This document shows, one piece after another, positions 1-22,800 of a DNA stretch of 64,000 nucleotides. Made by a program: the position numbers and the translations under genes. The notes beneath the pieces are model-generated. The model did not search any database. It saw only the letters and a list, made by a program, of their open reading frames with translations, and was not told the origin of the DNA. Numbering within the stretch: position 1 is the stretch's first letter; every line of letters starts with the position of its first letter. Source of the stretch: Mytilus californianus (Eukaryota); contig NW_026262679.1 of assembly GCF_021869535.1 (NCBI RefSeq), positions 41,416,001 to 41,480,000 of the forward strand, read 5' to 3'.

Positions 1-550
1 TGCTGCGCCATCTACCAGTAGATAAAAGTCGCACTCATTCCGACTACATCATTCTTGACCAATGGTAGTTCTTGAACTCTCTTCAGTATGGTGGTGTAAA
101 AAAGGTTGTGTGTAGTGTTTACAAATTTTGCAAAGCAGAAACTGAAAATATATGTTGACATTTTCGTGAGAAATATACACAGGAACTCTTAATTAGTTCA
201 TTCAAATTGTCACTAAATATCGTCCTATGATTTGGGGGTAAAGACTTGTTGCACAATCAGCATGTGTGGTAATTGTTTATTTACATTTTCTACATTTACA
301 CATGATCACCTTAAAGGAGCTTTTTGATTGGATGCAGCCAGCTACAACTGCAACCAATGGGAATCATTACCTCATGGATCTGATATTATATCTTAATCCA
401 CCAAGGGTGGAGAGGAGGGGACTGGATCGTAACCCTTGGCTAGCAAAGATGTAAAACAGTATACCCCTCCCCTTTCAAACAGAGGTATAATGATAATAAT
501 CTAATCTAATTTTTTTCACAGATCATTCCTGGTAACATTTCAAGAACCTA

Positions 551-12930
<12,380 letters not shown>

Positions 12931-13492
12931 CTTCTTCTAATATTTTTTTTCTTCATCTGATTCTCTGCAACAAAAAAATGAAACTAGTTACTCCTTCATT
13001 CCTTACTTTTCAAAAGAAATTTAAAAGAGAACATTTGAATACATCTATGACTAATTTATATAAATTCCTCACTTCTGGTGGTACTTATCAGTGGTTTAAA
13101 AGTACTGAACACTGACTTTAAATGAAAGGCCTGCCTGATTCTCAAACAAAACACCCCAAAAAGTGTATATTTTTCTGAAGAAAAATGTATTTAACTTCTA
13201 TGTTTCTAGGTCCTGCCATCCCTATAAGCTTTCCCAGTTGCACAGGTTTGTCTTTATACATGTATGTTATACTCAGATTAAATTGTGTTGTGTAAACTTG
13301 CCATTTTTTCCAAAAGGATGTGATGAACCTTAAATTATACATGAAGTAACACAATAATACATGTATGTAGATTTAATGATGAATTGCTGTTAAACGTCCT
13401 GTGCAGATTTCCTGCATATTGGGCTTTTAGAGGATTCCAGTTGCTGATTGGCTGTCACAGAAGATTTCAAACTTTTCAAACATTTGTTTCTT

Positions 13493-13568
13493 ATTCTACC
13501 GATATAGCTACATGCATAAGATCATACATAATTCTACCGATATAGCTACATGCATAAGATCATACATA
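13493..13568. repeat. Perfect 38-bp tandem duplication
   Basis: attctaccgatatagctacatgcataagatcatacata x2. Confidence 0.9.
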
Positions 13569-14244
13569 ATTTTATGTATCATTTAAGATTTTCTATCTTA
13601 CCTGCCTTGTGGAAAAATATAAATTGACATATTTATACTTGTATGCAAATTTGTCCACCATTACTTAAAACCACACAACATGCACGAGTTCCCACAAAAT
13701 ATTGCATCACAACTTTATTATAAGTACAAAAATGTAGCAATCGATTTACATCCACAATCAAATAATTCTATTTATTCACTCCTCCCCTATATACAGAAAT
13801 ATTATTTCATTCTTTAATAAACACTCTCATTTTTCTAAAACACCTTTCACCCCTTTCCTTTGCTATTTTTTTTTTTTATATATAAAAAAAATTTGAAATG
13901 AACTTTCTTTATGTTATTGTATTCATTGACTGTATTTTGTTACGTACATATTCATTTGCTATTCAGCATGTAATCAAAGCTTGTAATTTTAGGGAGACGG
14001 ATTTATAAAAGAGCACTGCTCTTGTTTCCTAATCCCAATTATTGAATCACTTGTATATTTCGTATTTCCTTGTAGCTTTATATATAACGATTTCTTTAAT
14101 AAAATATGTTTACACTCAATAAGGTGTATTCAAAACATTTGATGTCATAATTAAAAAATGATTGTTGCATGACATCAGGTTATTTGGAGACAGACTATGG
14201 TCATTCAGAGACAAAATTCAGCTAAATACTTGTACCCGAAAGTG

Positions 14245-15029
14245 TAGTCCAAATAATTATGACGTCTTGAAACTATTTTAATTTTTTTCTGTGTTGCCTT
14301 CCTACGACGTCATAACGCTGAAGCCATTTTTTACGTCTGGACTTTGAGAGAGAATTTAGGGGGGAACTTTGAGACCCAATTTTGGCATGAAATCTTCATT
14401 GCCGGCTAGAATTTTTTGCATAGTAACAAAGTCTTACCTTTTTTTGTGCTTATTGATTCAAAATATTTCCAGAAATATCCAAAAGAAATGATAAAATAAG
14501 ATACGATTCCATTTGAGGTGAGCAAATATTTAATTTAATTTCGAAATGGTTTCCCAGAATTTCCAAAATACGTCATTTCTGGAGAGTATAAAATATCAAA
14601 ATCAGTAAAATTTGAAGGACCTGAATTTCCGGATAATACAAATCGAACGTTCTGGAAATTCGGGTCCATCCAATTTTACCGATTTTAATATTTTATACTC
14701 TTCAGAAGTGAAATTCTGGGAAACCATATTGAAATTAAAATAAATATTTGCTCACCTCAAATGGAATTGTATCTTATTTTATCATTTCTTTTAGATATTT
14801 CTGGAAATATTTTGAATCAATAAGCACAAAAAAGGTAAGACTTTGTAACTATGCAAAAATTTCTAGCCGGCAATGAAGATTTCATGCCAAAATTGGGTCT
14901 CAAAGTTCCCCCCAAAATTCTCTCTCAAAGTCCAGACGTAAAAAATGGCTTCAGCGTTATGACGTCGTAGGAAGGCAACACAGAAAAAAATTAAAATAGC
15001 CTTGCAAGACGTCATAATTATTTGGACTA
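14245..15029. mobile_element. 785-bp foldback (almost entirely palindromic) non-autonomous DNA transposon, Mutator/Foldback-like
   Basis: ~385-bp inverted arms (tagtccaaataattatgacgtc.../...gacgtcataattatttggacta), loop ~14634-14650, flanked by 9-bp direct repeats ccgaaagtg / ccaaaagtg. Confidence 0.85.
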
Positions 15030-15286
15030 CCAAAAGTGTATAGAGGGTCATCTGACATATATAAACTACTGTTATAATTTGTAATAACGTATGAATAAGA
15101 GAAATAACACATTAAGTTAATGAAAATAGGTTAAAGTATAAAAGAATATTTCCTAAATAAAATTAAAACACAAAAAAAAATATTTAGAAAAAAGGGGGAT
15201 CCATTCCCCAAGTGCCTGTGTCAGTGTCCGACTACAGTATCAAAGTGTGTTACTATGTCAAACGACTTCTTAAATTGTAGATTTAC

Positions 15287-15410
15287 CGAAACCAAAATAT
15301 ATTCTAAAGTCATTAATGGAAAGTTTTTCCCTGTGCAATCAAAAAGAATGAATATACTAGCGATTGATTGACTTCTCTTTGCTGTTCTGATGTTTATTTC
15401 TCGCGCCGTT
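15287..15410 (-). promoter_or_regulatory. Candidate BLM non-coding first exon / promoter
   Basis: Donor TTCG|gtaaat at 15287/15286 and an E2F-like GGCGCGAGAAA at 15397-15407. Inference only. Confidence 0.25.
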
Positions 15411-16417
15411 CATTTATGCAAAATATAAAGCTCTTGTCAGATTGTTTCTTCTGTGGCTCGTTTTGACTAAAGACACAATTAAAAATCACCAACAACAACA
15501 TACAAATAAAAATAATATAGTAAAAGTAAACTTTAGTTATAACTTGGAATAGTATACTAGCAATATACATTATTGTCCAAGGTTAATAAAAAGTATTTTT
15601 ATAGTAGGAATATACCAATATCTTACTTTTAAAATCCTTGTTTATAATAGGTAGACCTATATAAGGTGTATGTTGATAAATTAACATGCTGGTTTGGTAA
15701 GAACTGAAAAGTAATAACGGCCGACCAAACACTTTAACAGGTCAAAATTTTTTTAACATAGGCAATGCCTTTAACATAAGCTCTGTAGAGCTTTTATAAC
15801 GGACACACATAATCACAATACATATAATCAGAATAATGAATACATCGAAATATCACTGATTCCATCAATCAAATACTAATTACATTCTCGTGCCTTTTTC
15901 ACACCTGAAACATGCCGGTGATTCCTTTAGAATCAACAAATTTTCACACCAGAGTTAGTATATATATTGTAAATAAGAGATTAAAACAAAGCTTATTAAA
16001 GTATACAAGGCTATGTTACAAAAACATAATTTCGCAGTGCTAACGATGCATATCTAAGGGTCTGGATGGGGTGCTTCATTTCTGTCTTAAATTTTTGGGG
16101 AATTTTTCTTTATCGTTCAGTAAAAATAACGCTGATACTGTAAAATTCTCCAAGAATATTAGTTTACTATTAAATTTATCTGTAATTATATGATTTCTTT
16201 ATTCTGTACATAGTTTATTTCCGTAGTCAGTTTTCTGTATTCTTTTGCACCCCATTATTCTCTATTCATAATTTTTTTTCTTCTCATTTTTATCTATTTA
16301 TTATTTTTTGTTGGCCATTATTCAGTCTAATCTGTAAACCCCAACCAGACCCTCATATCAATACGGCTTGATAAAAATAACTTGAATCGACGTTTGTTAA
16401 AATGTCAACACTGTATG

Positions 16418-17640
16418 AACTAAAGGCTCTAAAGAGCCTGCATGTGTCCTCATCTTCAACAATGACCAATTCTCCGACATTATAGACGGAATAGAATATG
16501 ATTTATGACTAAGATCTCTTTTTTTAATCGTGTGCTGATTAATTTTTATGTTAAAAGTCTATTAAAACGCAACAAAAGAAAATAGATAAAAATGTCATTT
16601 AAGGGCAAAACTCTTACGAGGTATATACTGACAATTGTGACTATGTTGACTTATTTGTAGAACTTATCTCTGTTTATCTACTATAGATTTCGCTAAAAAT
16701 GCAAAAAATGTGTCATCATTAAGGGCTGAGACTACTATAACACGCCAATAACTCATATAAGTAGTAGTTTGTGACAATTTCAGCTATGTAACCTACTTGT
16801 AAATCTTTTTTTTTTTCTGATAATTTTTGCTGTTTACAGTTTCTCTCTATCTACTTAAAAATTGTTACCAAAAAAGCAAATCAAATGGAGAAAAAAATAT
16901 TGACAGGCAAAACCCCCTGTAAGTAGTCGAACGACGTACAATTTCAGCTATAATCTTTTAACTTGTTTTAAATAGAGTTTGTCTTGCTTATTGTTTTTTT
17001 TCTGTTTAAAGTTTGACTTACACTTTATTATAGTTTTCAAGATAATGGACTAAAATCCCTCAGAAAGTAAAAATTGTCATTTTGGGGCAATAATTCGTAA
17101 AGAAGTCCGAGTCGCTTGGCGATTTCGGCGGCAATTTGGCGTTTTTGTAGATCTTGTCTTGCTGATTATTCTTGCTGTTCTAAGTTTCTCTCAGTCTAGG
17201 CCATAAAAAAGAATCTGTTTGTTTGCCCTAACCCTACCTACCCATGCAGAAAATAGCTGCCTACTCAAATTCTTTTATTGTCCTGATGTGAAAAAGTTTT
17301 TTTTAATCAGATAGGCATGAAGACTAAAAAACATCTGACACTTCAATTTCTCTTTGCCGAAAAAAAGAACATGCCTACCTACCTACCCGCTGTCTCTACC
17401 TTTGGGTAGGGTTTGGGCAAACCAAAATATTTTTTAAGTGTGGCCCTATTATATTTTTAAAGATAATAGGCAAAACAAACAACTGGGAACAAATCGTATT
17501 GAAGGTAATATCTTCTATAAGGAGTCGTATGACGATTTTGTTAACAAAAACAATAAGTAGATCTTGACATTCTGATTATTTTGCTCTGTCAGACTTTCTA
17601 TTTATATCTTTAACGGTTTTTCATAATCTTATAAACTTTT
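16418..17640 (-). mobile_element. Degenerate relative of the 7833-9136 element
   Basis: Shares the aactaaaggctctaaagagcctg terminus and decayed internal repeats (aagataataggcaaaa, gtagatcttg..ctgattatt). Confidence 0.5.
17197..17448. mobile_element. MITE inserted in the degenerate element
   Basis: Termini taggccataaaaaa / ttttaagtgtggcccta and subterminal gccctaaccc / gggtttgggc inverted motifs. Confidence 0.55.
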
Positions 17641-18652
17641 TACTTGTATCATAACTAGGGTAACTTTTATTTGCGGCAATTTACTTAAATGTTTCAATTT
17701 CGGAAACTTAATTGAACTGTTTTTATCTTTTTCCATTTCCTGAAAATGATTGTTATAGATTACTATTGTATAGTTGGAAAGACGAAATTCCAAAAGGTGG
17801 CTTTGTGTATATTTCATCGTAAAATTTTACTCCATATATTTCCAAAAGAGACGGTCTTTGATAAATGTACTATTTCCATGATAGTTAAACTATTTTTTTT
17901 ATCGAAATGGGAATCATTCATTATTCATACATCGTATTTAAATGTTGTTTCATTTTATCAAGTCATCATTCAGTCTTTAAAAAAATCAGTTACATCTGAC
18001 TTTGATAATTTACAGAATACTTTTATGTTATACTTTTATGTTATGTTAAGTTATAACATGGAAGTAAAAGTCAATATAATACTTCCATGGTTATACATAG
18101 AAAGGTGGCATTAAAATATTGTTGAATAAGACTAGAAGTGTCGAGTCTTTTTATGTATTAGACTTTGGAAATACTGATTATTTTCTTCCCAGAAGTTAGA
18201 CCCTGTCATAAGTTGGTACCAGTTTAATTTGCAGGGTTCTTGTTTCATAATGTGAGTTTACAGTTGGACGAGTTTGCAAAGATGTGAGTTGAATTTGTGT
18301 GGAACAGGTCGAAAATGGTTCGAGTTTCACTTTGCAATGGTACGAGGTGACTATAATTCGTTAAACTTTGCATTCAAACTCGTTTCAGTTAAGAGTATTG
18401 CTATTGGTTTGTTTAACTGTTCAAACCACACGAGGCAACTGCTTGGGTTAATAGGGGGAAAAAAATATACAACCCGTTTAAAAGGAAAAAAAAGGAGGTT
18501 CATTTATCATTAAGCATACCACAAACCGAAACCAGTAGTACGACCTTAGTGTGTCACTTCGTTATTTTCCGATGAATTAGTTTCTTGTTGTATTATAGAC
18601 AGTTCTCTGGAAGAACAAGCGGACGATAGCTTTATCCATTGGCACGGATCAA

Positions 18653-18679
18653 CTTCCTTTTCCGGTTAAGAATCCATCG
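18653..18679 (+). promoter_or_regulatory. RPL36: RPL36 TCT/5'-TOP start and short non-coding exon 1
   Basis: Pyrimidine tract CTTCCTTTTCC followed 27 nt later by donor CG|gttcgt; reverse CCAAT just upstream. Typical ribosomal-protein architecture. Confidence 0.55.
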
Positions 18680-19309
18680 GTTCGTAATGTCTTCATGCCT
18701 ATATTTTCAAATCTGAAGTAATCCTTGCAAACAAAGCAGACGTATTAAATTATCTTCTTCAAACGAAACAATGATTCTCAAGCGAAAGCGTTCATTAAAT
18801 GTAACAATGATTGGAAAGACACTTTTACAGTAGGAAGGCCAAACAACACGATAAGCCTTCACTTATTTGTTGAGATAGAGTACCATTTGGGGACAGAAAC
18901 TTGTGTTTATTATTGCATGTCTAAACATTTTGCCTAATGCTTTTGTCTGTCCGTTTGAAATTTACTAGCCAGAACAATAAATGACATTGAATGAGGGGAG
19001 TATGGCCGTATTTATACATAAATGTTTATTCCAAGTTCTAAAAATGAACACCAAAATGCCCATAGTTTTTTATGTTCTGAATCAAATAATTCATACCATT
19101 TGTGTATGATTATCGAAGTCGACCATGTCTAAAACCTTGTCCAGGTCAGGTGCATAGGTTTGAGTAAATTTTGTGGTGCTTAATGGGCTTTTCATGGGTA
19201 GTGTGTTCTAGTCTCATTAATAGAATATCTTCAGGAGTGATATTTGTAAGAAAAGGTTCCCAAGGTTATTGATGAACTGAGAAAGTAATCTCAAAGTACA
19301 TGTAACATT

Positions 19310-19571
19310 TTTTTATGCCCCGGCCATCACTGAGGGGAATTAAGTGTTGCCCGTGTCTGTCCGTATGTAGTCCCAAAATTGGTTTCCATTCTCTTACTTC
19401 GAGTTTGACTCAACCAAATGCTAGGAAACTTATACACAATGCTTATTACCACTAAACACAGACCAAGTTTGAATTTGGGTAGCGTATTTTTGTACCTTTC
19501 TCGAGTTACTTCTCTTTATAATGTTATATGCAAATGGGGGCATCATCTGTGTCCCATTAATACATTCTCCA
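19310..19571 (+). mobile_element. Short HINE-like element in RPL36 intron 1
   Basis: 5' tttttatgcccc...gtgtctgtccgt, 3' ggggcatcatctgtgtcccattaatacattct; the same 3' end recurs at ~24640-24672. Confidence 0.55.
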
Positions 19572-19705
19572 TTTATTTTATATACTTCAGTTTAGTGTCA
19601 AGACTCGTGACCATTAAGAGACCGTGAATTATATAGTAGAATCATCCCTGAATTTATTAACAGTCATTACTTTTGGTAATTACACTTTGATAATTTATTT
19701 CAGAA

Positions 19706-19807
19706 ATGGCTGTTCGATACCAGATGGCCATTGGCCTTAACAAAGGCCATAAAGTAACTAAAGTTGACAGCAACCCAAGAAAGGCTAAACCTTCATACAG
19801 AAAAGGT
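19706..19807 (+). CDS. RPL36: RPL36 coding exon 1
   Basis: tttcag|aaATG...GGT|gtaagt; GLNKGH motif. Confidence 0.96.
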
Positions 19808-22800
19808 GTAAGTACATTCTGAATATGATTTAATTTGAAGCAATAATTATTATACTTAAAAAAATGCTATCAAATCTTCACCATTTAGGGAATAAATGCA
19901 ATTTTAAAGAAGGAAGATGGAATTGCAAGATCTTAATATATTTTACATCACTTTTCGATAAAATATGTTCTAATTTAAAGTAAAGAATTTGTGTGTATGC
20001 ATTTGATCTGTTAGGGGACCTGAATAGTCTTAACCACACCAGTGCCTCCAGTTTCCAGCTGATTTTCACAGGCTTCCCATACATGTAATTCGATTTCTTT
20101 AAAGAAGTGTCAAACAGACTGCAATGACATGAAGGACCTAGCTAACTCAGGCAAACAAAAAATAGGTGCGTTTCTGGTCTACCGACTAATTTAAATGACA
20201 GGATCTGACCCTAACGGAAAACAAAAAGAAATAATTTGCAATTTTCGGTGTGATAGGTAAAAAAGCTCTTTTTTTTTAAGCAAATTCCAAAATCAATGAT
20301 GGGAAATAAGCTCTTCCTCTGGCATGTCCCTAAATAATCTGTGTCTAATTTGCGCTATTTGTAAAAGCGCTTTTGTGACCGTGAATGATAATAAACAAAT
20401 GGCCTTCTATAACTAGTGTGCATGCAGTTCATTTGATGCAACGATAAACCTGATATACAGTTTCACACTCAAAAACATTCGAAAAACGGTCCAAAGAACT
20501 TCTTGATGTTGGAGATCTATTAAACACACCTATTATTATACGACCGCAAAAAAATTTTGTGGTCGTATATTGGTATGACGTTGGCTCCGGCGTCGTCGTC
20601 GTCCGGCGTCGTCGTCGTCCGGCTTCGTCGTCCGAATACACACTGGTTTTCGCACTCTAACTTTAGTTTAAGTGAATGGATCTTTTTGAAATTTGACCAT
20701 AAGGTTAAATACCACAAAAGGAAGGTTGGGATTGATTTTGGGGGTTATTGTACCAACAGTTAAGGAATTAGGGGCCAAAAAGGGGCCAAAAATCAGCATT
20801 TTCTAGTTTCCAGACAATAACTGTGGAACAGTGTATGGATCTCTCTGAAATTATACTACAAGTTTCCATACCACAAAGGGATTGTTAGGATTTGCTTTGG
20901 GGGGTTATGGCTCAAACCGTTTAGGAATTAGGGGCAAAAAAGGGGGAAAAACAAGGTTGTCCTGGTTAATGGACAAATACTTTAGTACAAAACATAATTT
21001 AAAGCAGTGTAAGGGAGATAAATCAAATTCATCATTGAAATTATCTCCCTTACACTGCTTTAAAATTATGTATAAAGTAATGGTTAATGAACAATAAAGA
21101 TAATTTAAAACAGTGTAAGGGAGGTAATCCAAATACAACGTTTTGGTTACTTCCCTTACACTGCTTTTAAATTATGTTTAAAGAAATGCATATTTATAAA
21201 GGAAGACCAGTAAAAATATCTGCAAATGTTGCATCTTTTTTTTTTACAAAAAAATCCATATGAAAGATTTGACACTATATTTTTAATTCTATTATAAAAT
21301 AGATTAAGTTAGCACTATGGTAAATTTAAATGGGTAATTATGGTTGCCAACTCCATTGGAAATTTGAATTGAGATTATGACCATATCTTGAGGGAAAGAA
21401 TTTTTTTGGGGAAAAAAGGGGGGGGGGGATAAAAAGAAATTGTGGGGGGTCAATTTTTTCTTATTTCAGATTTCAGAAATTAAAAAGAATTATTCTTCAA
21501 ATATTGTTTTTTTTTCAAATTTCAAATATTGAAAAATTTCAAGAAGTAATCTTTAATTGCACAGTATGGCGCATTAGATTTGTAAAATCTTTGATCACAT
21601 TTATTTATTTGTTATGCCGAATCTAACAGTGTATTTAGATTTTTAATTTTGGGTCCAGTTTTCAAATTGGTCTACATTAATGTCCAAAGGGTCCAAAATT
21701 AAACTTTTGTTTGATTTTAGCAAAAATTGAATATATGAGGTTCTTTGATATGCTGAATCTAAACATGTATTTAGATTTTGATTTTTGGCCCAGTTTTCAA
21801 GTTGGTCCAAATTGGGGTCCAAAATTAAACTTTGTTTGATTTCAACAAAAATTGAATATGTGGGGTTCTTTGATATGCTGAATCTAACCATGTATTTAGA
21901 TTTTTTATTTGTGGACCCCGTTATCAAATTGGTTCATATTGAGGTCAAAAGGGTCCAAAATTAAACTTTGTTTGATTTCATCTAAAATTGAATTATTGGG
22001 GTTCTTTGATATGCCAAATCTAACTGTGTATTTAGATTTTTAATTTTGGGTCCTGTTTTTTAAATTGGTCTACATTAAGGTCCAAAGGGTCCAAAATTAA
22101 ACTAAGTTTGATTTTAACAAAAATTGAATTCTTGGGGTTCTTTGATATGCTGAATCTAAACATGTGTTTAGATTTTTGATTATGGGCCCAGTTTTCAAGT
22201 TGGTCCAAGATAGGGTCAAGTATCTAAACTTTGTTTGATTTCAACAAAAATTGAAAATATGGGGTTCTTTGATATGCTGAATCTAAACATGTATTTAGAT
22301 TTTTGATTATGGGCCCAGTTTTCAAGTTGGTCCAAATTGGGGTCCAAAATTAAACTTTTTTTGATTTCAACAAAAATTGAATATTTGTGGTTCTTTGATA
22401 TGCTGAATCTAACCATGTATTTAGATTTTTTATTTGTGGACCCCGTTATCAAATGGGTTCATATTGAGGTCAAAAGGGTCCAAAATTAAACTTTGTTTGA
22501 TTTCATCAAAAATTGAATTATTGGGGTTCTTTGATATGCCAAATCTAACCGTGTTTTTAGATTTTTAATTTGGGTCCCGTTTTTTAAATTGGTCTTCATT
22601 GAGGTCCAAAGGGTTCAAAATGAAACTTAGTTTGATTTTAACAAAAATTGAATTCTTGGGGTTCTTTGATATGCTGAATCTAAACATGTGTTTAGATTTT
22701 TGTTATGGGCCCAGTTTTCAAGTTGGGGTCCAAAATTAATTTTTTTTTGATTTCAACAAAAATTGAATATATGGGGTTCTTTGATATGCTGAATCTAACC

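Noticed and set aside
520-548. Apparent further BLM exon after ttgttgtag
   Set aside because: It would need a 39-nt intron, and the translation (VLEMLPGMI) does not resemble the RecQ continuation; the next exon is probably outside the window.
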